Origin: a virus
Strand: one strand, 5' to 3'
DNA: 55,716 nucleotides
Virus genome (UHGV): UHGV-1361255
In this document: positions 28,344 to 36,555 of the stretch, one piece after another
How the letters are laid out: each line of letters starts with the position of its first letter
Numbering within the stretch: position 1 is the stretch's first letter
The notes under the pieces: generated by a model
Seen by the model: the letters and a program-made list of their open reading frames with translations, nothing else
Told to the model about the DNA's origin: nothing
Database searches by the model: none
Position numbers and translations under genes: made by a program

Positions 28344-29804
28344 ATGGCGATGTATGAAGTCGGTACCGTCACGGGTGCCGCGTCGCAGGCACGGGTGACA
28401 GGTGCGACAACAAAATGGTCACAGGAGGCGCTGGGGATACTGCCCGGGTCGATTCTGGTGGTCTACCGCAGCGGTAGTGCTGACCTGTATGCGATCAAAT
28501 CCGTGGACAGCGACACGCAACTGACGCTGACCCGGAATATCACCACCGCATTTTCCGGTGCCAGTTACGGCATTATTACCGCTGAAACCGCCAGCACCTC
28601 GTCGTTTGCTAACCAGCTGGCCAGCGCGTTTGCATTCTGGCGTAGTGTAGTGGAGGGCTGGTCGATGGCCCTGACCGGCAGCGGCAATATCACCCTGACT
28701 GACCCGATCACAGGAAAGCAGGTGACCGTGCCGGCGATAGCCGGGATGGCGAAGGCCTCGGATCTTAACGAGCTGGCAAAACTCACCGGAGGAAACAAAC
28801 TCGACGGCTCGCAGGTTATAACCAGCGATAATGCCGGTTTTATACTCGGTAAGAACTCAGATCTGGCTCTGCTCAAAAAACAGGGGCAAGGCGGGACAAT
28901 TGCCGTTGGCTCGGGAACACCGTTTAGGGTTCAGCGTTCAAGAGCGACCACTGTATCACCGGCAGACACCTTTGATGACATCCTCGTTATTGATGCCAAC
29001 AACCGAACGACACTGCCTGGCACGCTGTCTGCCGGCGGCAATATCGATAACACGTCGAAGGGTAAAGTGTTGACGCAGGCCATTGAGCTATCGATGAGCA
29101 CGCCATACATCGACTTTCATTTCAACGGTAGTACCGCCGATTACACAACGCGGCTTATCGAGAGCGTAGCCGGTGAGCTGACTCTCGAAGGGGCCTTTAT
29201 GTGTAAAAAACACCTTTATGCGTGGGGTGCGATGATGGCCCGGTCGGTGGCACCAGACAACGTCCCGGTTGGGCAACTTCTTACCGGCGCGCCGTTCCAG
29301 TCGATGATTCAAGGTCGTGGGGCAAACGGCGATGCGCGCGGCGCGGTGGCTAACTACTACATTGAGGAGCTGGTTGGAACCGAACATAGGATTGTCGCTT
29401 ACCTCGACGGCTACGGGAGAACCGACGCATGGATCTTCCGGGCTGGCGGCACGCTAACCACGCCAAAGGGTGACGTCCTGACCACTGGTTCCGACGTGCG
29501 CCTGAAAACAGACTTCACACAAGCGTCTGAAAACGCCTCAGAGCGCATTGAGCGCTTAGGGGTGTGTGAGTACCGGATGAAGGGGGAAACGCGCCGGAGG
29601 CGTGGTTTTATCGCTCAGCAGGCTGAAAAAGCTGATGACCTGTATACTTTCCTCGGCATCGAGCAGGAGATTGATGGCGAAAAATTCAAGGTGATGAATG
29701 TGGATTACACGGCAATCATTGCTGACCTGGTTACGGTGGCGCAGGGTTTACTGGTTAAAAATCAGGAACTGGAAAGGCGTATATCTGTACTGGAGGGGAT
29801 CTGA
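28344..29804 (+). CDS. tail fibre/tailspike with C-terminal intramolecular chaperone (peptidase S74-like) domain
   Basis: AGGAGG RBS at 28329 and ATG at 28344; C-terminal SDVRLKTDF...GFIAQQAEKA...VDYTAIIADLV is the self-cleaving chaperone motif seen in endosialidases and L-shaped fibres. Confidence 0.7.
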   Translation: MAMYEVGTVTGAASQARVTGATTKWSQEALGILPGSILVVYRSGSADLYAIKSVDSDTQLTLTRNITTAFSGASYGIITAETASTSSFANQLASAFAFWRSVVEGWSMALTGSGNITLTDPITGKQVTVPAIAGMAKASDLNELAKLTGGNKLDGSQVITSDNAGFILGKNSDLALLKKQGQGGTIAVGSGTPFRVQRSRATTVSPADTFDDILVIDANNRTTLPGTLSAGGNIDNTSKGKVLTQAIELSMSTPYIDFHFNGSTADYTTRLIESVAGELTLEGAFMCKKHLYAWGAMMARSVAPDNVPVGQLLTGAPFQSMIQGRGANGDARGAVANYYIEELVGTEHRIVAYLDGYGRTDAWIFRAGGTLTTPKGDVLTTGSDVRLKTDFTQASENASERIERLGVCEYRMKGETRRRRGFIAQQAEKADDLYTFLGIEQEIDGEKFKVMNVDYTAIIADLVTVAQGLLVKNQELERRISVLEGI

Positions 29805-29841
29805 TTGCCCTACGATTAGCCGCTAATAAAAAACAGAACAT

Positions 29842-29873
29842 AAAAGGCCCCTGCAATGCAGGGGCCTTTTTTC
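29842..29873. terminator. bidirectional intrinsic terminator between fibre gene and sopB
   Basis: ggcccctgca/tgcaggggcc palindrome flanked by A and T runs. Confidence 0.6.
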
Positions 29874-29882
29874 TTATGTGGT

Positions 29883-30863
29883 TTATTTTTTTTCTAACTC
29901 TGACTCAAGCAACGCCTCAATTTTTTTCATTAAGCTGGATGGAATCTTCCGGTTATCAAATTTTAAGGTAATGTAATTACCGTTATATTTCGCAACAACC
30001 CCTTCACCATATGCTTTTTCGGTCTTTTGTGTATCTTTTGCATTGGTCTTAATAAAATCCTGTAATGCCTGGATGATCCGCATAGGTTCGAACTTTTCAC
30101 CCTGCTTCTTCATGCGTAGCAGCTGCTGCGCCGCATCGAGCATAGCTTTCTCGTTTCCCTGATATATCTTGAACAAGTCATGCCCCGCACGGGCTGATAG
30201 CTCACCAGGATGTTGAAAAATGGCGATGATATCTTTAGGCAGGCCAGCTGTGTTGATGCAGCGGGTTATGATATTGCGGTCCACCCCTTCTGCTTCAGCT
30301 AAAGCTTTTACGCTGCCGTCAAAATCTTTCAGGCGGCGCTGATATTTTTTCCCCCGCTCATATGCGCTTGTTGGTCGATAATCGTTGCCGATTTGAGAGA
30401 GCCACTGCATTTGTTCGTCATCGAGATCACCGACTAATACGCGATAATCGCAACCTGTAATGATGGCTGTTTTTCGGCGCCGAGAACCATCAGCAACCTC
30501 TATGATGCCTGCAGTTTTGCGAGCGAACGCCGGGTTCTGCTGCCCCGAAGTGAGGAATGACGGAACGAGATCGGCCAAGGACGTTTCGTTGAGCAGGTCT
30601 TGATCACGTTCATTACCGAGCCAAACCATCGTCGCCATTTCAACTTTATCCGCTGGGATAGTTTCCAGCTTAAAGTTAACGTTACGTCCACACACAGGCA
30701 GCATAATACTGTTTCCCGATAATGAACTAAGCTGGCGTTGCAAATCACCCACCATCGGTGACACAGGCTGTGATGCGGGCGCCTGGTGCGTCTTGCTCAT
30801 AATGCTGTCGATGTTGGGGGCATTTTTTAAAATAGAGCGCTGTTTCACAATTAGTCCTCCCAA
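29883..30863 (-). CDS. sopB: partition protein SopB/ParB
   Basis: 326 aa downstream of and overlapping sopA; ParB-type features (GNERDQ...TSAYERG). Confidence 0.8.
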   Translation of the reverse strand: MGGLIVKQRSILKNAPNIDSIMSKTHQAPASQPVSPMVGDLQRQLSSLSGNSIMLPVCGRNVNFKLETIPADKVEMATMVWLGNERDQDLLNETSLADLVPSFLTSGQQNPAFARKTAGIIEVADGSRRRKTAIITGCDYRVLVGDLDDEQMQWLSQIGNDYRPTSAYERGKKYQRRLKDFDGSVKALAEAEGVDRNIITRCINTAGLPKDIIAIFQHPGELSARAGHDLFKIYQGNEKAMLDAAQQLLRMKKQGEKFEPMRIIQALQDFIKTNAKDTQKTEKAYGEGVVAKYNGNYITLKFDNRKIPSSLMKKIEALLESELEKK

Positions 30864-32014
30864 CGAGGTTTAATCAAGTCATCGAAAATTTCTTGGCAAA
30901 CAGGCTCCCAAATAGAGACTGCATTTCGCCATGCATTAAGCGTTGAACGCTGGTTCGCGGCCTGTTCAAATACTGTGCGCATTTTTATTTGGCCCTTTCC
31001 TACCTCATCCGTCACTCGGACAACCTGACGCAGGACCATCGATCCCCATGTATTTCTGATTTGCTCTTCCATCCAGCGCGATTGATTGCCAGTGGTCAGA
31101 CTGTATTTCGTTAGTAACAGCCGTACAACAGGCTCAAAACCACCTAAATCAACGGTTTTAAGAAGGTCCAGAAGCATGGTGAAGAACTGCAGAACGGATG
31201 AATAATCAAATAGCTCTGCAGGGGTAGCCACGACGATAATATCGGCTGCGCAAACAACATTAATCGTACCTGTCCCTAAGTTTGGAGCGCTATCAATGAC
31301 GATGATGTCATAGTTATCCCATACGGATTCGATAGCGGCCCGTAGCATCAGATGCGGAGGATGAGGTAGTTTTCCTTGGGCATGGTATTGCATCAGATCC
31401 GTTTCGATACGGTGCAGCGCCAGGCAGCTGGGGATAATGTCCAGACCTGGCCAGCAGGTCGGTTTTATAGCGTATTCCGCATTATCACGCTCACCAAGGT
31501 AAAACGGGAGCAAAGTATCCTCGGCATGGATGTGTAAATCCGGTACATAGCCGTGATACATCGAGGCGGTCCCTTGCGGATCGTTACCTTCAATGAGTAG
31601 CACTCGGTGACCTTGCAGAGCTAACCATTGAGCTTCATGCACTGCAGATGAGGTTTTATAAACGCCGCCTTTGTGCGACATAACAGCTAACACAGCTGGA
31701 TTTTTGTCTGCAGGCCGTTGATTCGGATTGCCGAAAATGCTGCGCATATGGCTAATCTGGTCGATGGTATAGCCGGCGCGACGTTCAACGCGACCGCGTA
31801 ACTCAAAATCAGGTGGTGGTAGTCGCCCATTTTTTTCAGCATCCCTAATTGCTTGCGGCGAAACGCCGATTAAATCAGCAACCTCGGTTATCCCCCAGCG
31901 ACGAGTGATACGGCGAGCCTCGGGGCTATCATCACCAAATTGAGCTATAGCAATGGCCTGCGTCATCTCCTGCCCGCGGCTGATACATTCATGCAGTAAA
32001 TTAATAAGCGACAT
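30851..32014 (-). CDS. sopA: partition ATPase SopA/ParA
   Basis: 387 aa with a deviant Walker A (KGGVYKTS), N-terminal HTH extension as in F SopA. Confidence 0.85.
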   Translation of the reverse strand: MSLINLLHECISRGQEMTQAIAIAQFGDDSPEARRITRRWGITEVADLIGVSPQAIRDAEKNGRLPPPDFELRGRVERRAGYTIDQISHMRSIFGNPNQRPADKNPAVLAVMSHKGGVYKTSSAVHEAQWLALQGHRVLLIEGNDPQGTASMYHGYVPDLHIHAEDTLLPFYLGERDNAEYAIKPTCWPGLDIIPSCLALHRIETDLMQYHAQGKLPHPPHLMLRAAIESVWDNYDIIVIDSAPNLGTGTINVVCAADIIVVATPAELFDYSSVLQFFTMLLDLLKTVDLGGFEPVVRLLLTKYSLTTGNQSRWMEEQIRNTWGSMVLRQVVRVTDEVGKGQIKMRTVFEQAANQRSTLNAWRNAVSIWEPVCQEIFDDLIKPRWED

Positions 32015-32075
32015 TCCAATCCCCCTTGAGGAGTAATTTTCCTTTATGTTTTTTATCGTACTTTATGTATTTAAC

Positions 32076-32119
32076 GCAAAGCAACGTAAAAAACGCAAAG
32101 TTGATGATAAAAAGCAAAG
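32076..32119. promoter_or_regulatory. sopAB promoter/operator region with three GCAAAG (CTTTGC on the sop strand) hexamers spaced exactly 19 bp apart
   Basis: hexamers at 32076, 32095 and 32114; F SopA autoregulates through CTTTGC repeats (from memory); the region lies 60-105 bp upstream of the sopA start. Confidence 0.35.
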
Positions 32120-32406
32120 TTTATGATTTAACCAACAGAAACAGGCTTTTAGCGTGCTTAGCCAATGCATTATGAGTAGAAGGTAAGTTAGAAGAAGAAG
32201 TGTAAAACCTAACTTTATGTTTTTTATAGATAAAGTTGTTATCTGTCTTCAACTCTATCGGAAGATAACAGACTGCTTTCGAGGCCCTTTTTATTTTAAG
32301 GACATCAACCGATAAATAGACCACAACAACGTAACACTATCAGACAACATAAACACAAAGAAAAATTTAGGCTTCCCCATTCCTTAACTTGATCACAAAA
32401 ACTCAC

Positions 32407-32696
32407 ATCATAACACAATTGCATGTCATAGGTTAATCACAACAATTGGCATCGTAACCAATTCAGAGAACATAGTCAAGCATCATAACACAACGGCGCT
32501 ACATATCAGCACACAATAGCCCATTATACGCGCGTATAATGGGCTATTGTGTGCTGATTATCGTAACACAGTCGCACATTGATTTGCGCACGAATCTAAA
32601 TAGTGTTATTTTATATTTATGTGATTATGTTATGATAGTCACGGCGTTGGATTGCACTTTGATTGTGTGATGTTTCTCAGTTTTGTGTTATGATGA
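32407..32696. promoter_or_regulatory. CATCATAACACA-type short repeats flanking telRL and preceding the protelomerase gene
   Basis: direct copies at 32407-32419 and 32481-32493, variants ATCGTAACCA (32451) and ATCGTAACACA (32560), inverted copy tgtgttatgatga at 32684-32696. Confidence 0.4.
32505..32558. other. telomere resolution site telRL: 54-bp perfect palindrome (central tacgcgcgta)
   Basis: mirror-checked base by base: ATCAGCACACAATAGCCCATTATACGCG|CGCGTATAATGGGCTATTGTGTGCTGAT; lies 165 bp upstream of the protelomerase gene, as in N15 and phiKO2. Confidence 0.85.
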
Positions 32697-32722
32697 TTAA
32701 GGGCGAGAACAGGAGGTAGACC

Positions 32723-34645
32723 ATGCGTAAGGTGAAGATTGGTGAGCTAATCAATTCGCTTGTGAACGAGGTTGAGGCTATCGACGCCTCGGATCGTCCA
32801 CAAGGCGAAAAAACAAAGAAAATTAAAGCCGCAGCTATAAAATATAAGAATGCATTATTTAATGATAAAAGAAAGTTTCGCGGAAAAAGCTTAGAAAAAA
32901 GAATTTCGGCTAATACTTTCAATGCCTATATGAGCCGGGCAAGGAAAAGATTTGATGATAAATTACATCATAACTTTGAAAAAAACGTAATAAAATTATC
33001 CGAAAAGTATCCATTATACAATGAGGAATTATCCTCATGGCTTTCTATGCCTGCGGCATCAATTCGACAAAATATGTCAGCTCTGCAAGCCAAGCTAAAA
33101 GAAATAATGCCATTGGCAGAAGATTTATCAAATATAAAAATCGGTGCGAAAAACAGCGATGCAAAATTAGCCAAACTTGCCAATAAATATCCAGAATGGC
33201 AATTTGCTATTAGTGATTTAAACAGTGATGATTGGAAAGAAAAGCGAGATTATCTTTATAAACTCTTCCAGCAAGGCTCTTCGCTTCTGGAAGATTTAAA
33301 CAATTTGAAAGTAAACCATGAGGTCCTCTATCACTTGCAGCTTAGCTCTGCAGAGCGAACCTCCATCCAGCAGCGCTGGGCCAACATACTCAGCGAGAAA
33401 AAGCGCAACGTGGTTGTGATTGACTATCCGCGCTATATGCAGGCTATCTACGATATAATCAATAAACCTATATCTTCGTTTGATTTAACCACCCGTCGAG
33501 GTATGGCCCCTCTGGCGTTCGCGCTTGCGGCGCTATCTGGTCGACGAATGATTGAAATCATGCTTCAGGGTGAATTTTCCGTCGCAGGTAAATATACAGT
33601 AACATTCTTAGGGCAAGCTAAAAAACGCTCAGAAGATAAAGGTGTATCAAGAAAAATATATACTCTTTGCGACGCTGATTTATTTGTGAGTCTGGTTAAC
33701 CAACTTCGCTCCTGCCCTGCTGCTGCGGATTTTGATGAAGTGGTTAAAGGGTATGGGGAAAATGATACTCGCTCTGAAAATGGTCGTATTAACGCTATTC
33801 TAGCGACAGCGTTTAATCCGTGGGTAAAAAAATTCTTAGGCGATGACCGCCGCGTTTATAAAGATAGCCGCGCTATTTACGCCCGCATTGCCTATGAAAT
33901 GTTTTTCCGCGTTGACCCACGGTGGAAGAATGTCGATGAGGACGTTTTCTTCATGGAGATTCTCGGTCATGACGATGAAAACACCCAGCTGCACTATAAG
34001 CAGTTTAAACTGGCAAACTTCTCCAGAACCTGGCGTCCACATGTTGGCGAGGAAAATACCCGGCTGGCAGCGCTGCAAAAGCTGGATAGCATGATGCCAG
34101 ATTTCGCCAAAGGCGACGCCGGGGTTCGTATTCATGAAACCGTGAAGCAGCTGGTGGAGCAGGACCCATCGATAAAGATCACAAACAGTACCCTGCGACC
34201 ATTTAACTTCAGTACCAGGCTGATTCCTCGCTACCTGGAGTTTGCCGCCGATGCATTGGGCCAGTTCGTCGGTGAAAATGGGCAGTGGCAACTGAAGGAC
34301 GAGGCGCCTGCAATAGTCCTGCCTGATGAAGAAATTCTTGAGCCCATCGACGACGCCGATCTCGATGACGGAGACCAGGAAGATGAAACGCTGGATGACG
34401 ATGAGATCGAAGTAGACGAAAGCGAAGGAGAGGAACTGGAGGAAGTGGACGACGCTGAAGAGGCCGAGGAGGCTGAGCAGGAAGAGAAACATCCTGCCAA
34501 GCCAAACTTTAAAGCGCCGAGGGATAATGGCGATGGTACCTACATGGTGGAGTTTGAATTCGATGGCCGTCATTACGCCTGGTCTGGTGCCGCCGGTAAT
34601 CGGGTAGAGGCAATGCAATCTGCCTGGAGTGCCTACTTCAAGTGA
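32723..34645 (+). CDS. telN: protelomerase (telomere resolvase), TelN/TelK-like
   Basis: 640 aa; N-terminus MRKVKIGELINSL... and an acidic DDDEIEVDESEGEE tail match my recollection of phiKO2 TelK; adjacent telRL palindrome. Confidence 0.9.
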   Translation: MRKVKIGELINSLVNEVEAIDASDRPQGEKTKKIKAAAIKYKNALFNDKRKFRGKSLEKRISANTFNAYMSRARKRFDDKLHHNFEKNVIKLSEKYPLYNEELSSWLSMPAASIRQNMSALQAKLKEIMPLAEDLSNIKIGAKNSDAKLAKLANKYPEWQFAISDLNSDDWKEKRDYLYKLFQQGSSLLEDLNNLKVNHEVLYHLQLSSAERTSIQQRWANILSEKKRNVVVIDYPRYMQAIYDIINKPISSFDLTTRRGMAPLAFALAALSGRRMIEIMLQGEFSVAGKYTVTFLGQAKKRSEDKGVSRKIYTLCDADLFVSLVNQLRSCPAAADFDEVVKGYGENDTRSENGRINAILATAFNPWVKKFLGDDRRVYKDSRAIYARIAYEMFFRVDPRWKNVDEDVFFMEILGHDDENTQLHYKQFKLANFSRTWRPHVGEENTRLAALQKLDSMMPDFAKGDAGVRIHETVKQLVEQDPSIKITNSTLRPFNFSTRLIPRYLEFAADALGQFVGENGQWQLKDEAPAIVLPDEEILEPIDDADLDDGDQEDETLDDDEIEVDESEGEELEEVDDAEEAEEAEQEEKHPAKPNFKAPRDNGDGTYMVEFEFDGRHYAWSGAAGNRVEAMQSAWSAYFK

Positions 34646-34650
34646 CAAAA

Positions 34651-34680
34651 AGGCCACAGGTTATCGCCTGTGGCCTTTCC
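34651..34680. terminator. hairpin terminator between telN and the convergent BRO-N gene
   Basis: aggccacagg-ttatcg-cctgtggcct with a short T run on + and an A run on -. Confidence 0.45.
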
Positions 34681-34699
34681 AGTATCCAGCCCTACAAAA

Positions 34700-35482
34700 T
34701 CAGGAAGAGACGGCAGGAGCCTCTAATTTTGTGGATAAGGCCTCCAGTTTATTGATGGCCAGCTCGAAATGCGCTGGCAGCACCTTCTCCACCTCTGAGC
34801 CAAGGTCGATGATTGATAATTCCTCTCGCGACACACTCCGACGCGCCCCACGAACCACCTCACGCAAAAATTCCCGCTCGTAGGTCCGCATATTGTCCAG
34901 CGCGGTTTCTGCCGACGTTAATATCCGGCGCAACTCGGCAGTGATGGCCGGGAGATCGTCAACCGTAATCGGATTGGGGGATGGATTCCTGCAGGCGCGA
35001 CGTAGCGCCAGCCATACACCACTTTTCCATGCGTTGTGGTACCGAAAACTTTGGGCTATATCGTTTATCAGGCCGCGTAATTCTTCCTTTTGCCGCCAGT
35101 CCAATGGTTCACCGGCGCTTTTTGGCGCGGGTTCGACGTAGCTGTATTCACCGCTTTTCCGAATAGCTGGCAGAACCTCGTTGGTGACCCACTTGCGGAA
35201 CCGCCAGGCCGTCGTTCCCTGCTTCACCGCATCGCGGCAGCGGAGGATCAGAGTGTACAGGCCAGACTCAGAAATAATGGACATGTTAGGATTCCCACGA
35301 TTACCGTCACTTAAAGTTACGGTATTTTTTTCATCATCATCAAGCGATGACAATGCTTTTCGTGAGTTCACTAGTTTCAATGCATCACAGATATCTTTAG
35401 CCACAAACCACGGTTCGCCATTAACCAGAACCACCCGAACGGGGTGGTTTTCCTGAAACGAGAAAACAGATAGTGCGTTCAT
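34700..35482 (-). CDS. BRO-N (KilA-N-like) domain antirepressor-type protein
   Basis: N-terminal ~110 aa fits the Bro-N pattern (VRVVLVNGEPWFVAKDICDAL...LDDDEK...GLYTLILR...WVTNEVLPAIRKSG); start is ATGA-coupled to the upstream 76-aa ORF. Confidence 0.7.
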   Translation of the reverse strand: MNALSVFSFQENHPVRVVLVNGEPWFVAKDICDALKLVNSRKALSSLDDDEKNTVTLSDGNRGNPNMSIISESGLYTLILRCRDAVKQGTTAWRFRKWVTNEVLPAIRKSGEYSYVEPAPKSAGEPLDWRQKEELRGLINDIAQSFRYHNAWKSGVWLALRRACRNPSPNPITVDDLPAITAELRRILTSAETALDNMRTYEREFLREVVRGARRSVSREELSIIDLGSEVEKVLPAHFELAINKLEALSTKLEAPAVSS

Positions 35483-35709
35483 TTGGCCTCCCTGGCGGTC
35501 AGCTGCGCTGACAGAGAGGAAGAACAGCTTCGGGCCTCTTGTACCAGCTCACGGGCAACCTGGAGTAATTCTGCCGCCTCCTGCATATGCAGTGAGGCCT
35601 CGTAACTGGAGATCGTCCGATGGGCGGAGGAAACCAGCGCTTCTATCTGCGCTAGGCGCTCCTCAATCGATTCAAGCAGGCCCTGGGTGTTTAACTGCAC
35701 CTGATTCAT
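35479..35709 (-). CDS. 76-aa helical protein (paralog of 51139..51363)
   Basis: MNQ...GLLESIEE.L.QIEAL... shares about 30% identity with the 74-aa ORF in the second module; translationally coupled on both sides. Confidence 0.5.
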   Translation of the reverse strand: MNQVQLNTQGLLESIEERLAQIEALVSSAHRTISSYEASLHMQEAAELLQVARELVQEARSCSSSLSAQLTAREAK

Positions 35710-35870
35710 GCGGCCACCCCGCTAACCCGGATACGGGCTGACAGAACGAGAACAAAACGGCTGGCGAACTGGCGACGGGCTTCGTGCTCGGATGAGGCGA
35801 TAGTGGACAGATGATGGATATGGGATTTTTTATCGGTACGGCAGATCGCCGCGAACCTGAATTTGAACAT
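35706..35870 (-). CDS. 54-aa small protein (paralog of 50978..51142), icd-like position
   Basis: MFKFRFAAICRTDKKSHIHHLSTIASSEHEARRQ... against MYQFKFAAICRTDRKNNIHHFSTIADSEHAARRQ... in locus 2; stop overlaps the next start (ATGA). Confidence 0.45.
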   Translation of the reverse strand: MFKFRFAAICRTDKKSHIHHLSTIASSEHEARRQFASRFVLVLSARIRVSGVAA

Positions 35871-36039
35871 GGTGCGCACTCCAGTTTGGTTAGAGAGGTG
35901 CTACCACCAGAGTTCCTACGCTCTTTTGAGGGTGGTAGCCCAGACGGGGGTAGGAATACCGGAACCAAACGAGACCGGCCAGCCTTTCGGCTGCCCCGCC
36001 TGAGCCACCATAATTTGGATGCGTACAGGCAAAAGACAC

Positions 36040-36117
36040 AAAAAAACACGCTGGCGCGTGCTGTGCGTCGTTTGGTTAATCGGGTTCCTACGCCCGGCTA
36101 CAGATTTTGCTGCAGCG
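36040..36117 (-). ncRNA. candidate ~78-nt regulatory sRNA (P4 CI / N15 cA-like), locus 1
   Basis: runs from the predicted transcription start 6-7 nt past the -10 to the intrinsic terminator (stem cacgc/gcgtg plus T7 on the minus strand, 36060-36038); contains box A GCGTAGGAAC; a paralogous copy is at 50743-50817. Confidence 0.4.
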
Positions 36118-36122
36118 GGCTA

Positions 36123-36152
36123 ACTTTACCGCCAAAGCGCAACGCACGTCAA
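36123..36152 (-). promoter_or_regulatory. sigma70-like promoter TTGACG-18 bp-TAAAGT (minus strand) driving the locus-1 sRNA/antirepressor operon
   Basis: hexamers and spacing match the locus-2 promoter (TTGACG-18-TAGAGT). Confidence 0.4.
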
Positions 36153-36215
36153 TAAATTACATGGAGATTTTACCCTGTGACCAGTCACGGCGACAGGGGT
36201 TTTTATAGTTTGCTT

Positions 36216-36246
36216 TACTAACTGATCAGAACCTGATCAGTTAGTA
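36216..36246. promoter_or_regulatory. 31-bp inverted repeat tactaactgatcag-aac-ctgatcagttagta with two GATC sites
   Basis: perfect 14-bp arms; lies between the upstream early operon and the locus-1 promoter; no U run, so it is a protein-binding or methylation-sensitive site candidate rather than a terminator. Confidence 0.5.
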
Positions 36247-36258
36247 TGATAGGAGCCG

Positions 36259-36486
36259 TCAACGACCTAAAAATTCCTCATCTGGTATTTTTTCGCAAAA
36301 AAGACCAATTGGACGCGGCTCCAGCTGAGGATTTTTCTGTATCTCCTGCAAGTAACTCTGCGCCTCAATGATAAGCGCCTGCAGGGCGGTAGGATAATCA
36401 AAATGAGGCTCCTCGCCTCCGGTCTTTTCCCCGGTTACTACTGACCAGACCAAACGGGTACCTTCATTGCCATTGCTGTGTGGCAT
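36259..36486 (-). CDS. hypothetical early-operon protein (75 aa)
   Basis: member of the leftward operon of small genes downstream of repA (like N15 genes 30-36); no recognisable domain. Confidence 0.35.
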   Translation of the reverse strand: MPHSNGNEGTRLVWSVVTGEKTGGEEPHFDYPTALQALIIEAQSYLQEIQKNPQLEPRPIGLFCEKIPDEEFLGR

Positions 36487-36555
36487 ATAAAATTCTCCTT
36501 CTGAATGCTAACTACTGGAAAGAAAGAGTATTTATACACCATAACAATACGCTGG

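Noticed and set aside
35672-36155. ORFs 35811..36155 (+) and 35672..36049 (-) overlapping the locus-1 leader
   Set aside because: There are no ribosome-binding sites. The region is better explained as a structured RNA leader, paralogous to a locus-2 region that has no ORF. The peptides are low-complexity.
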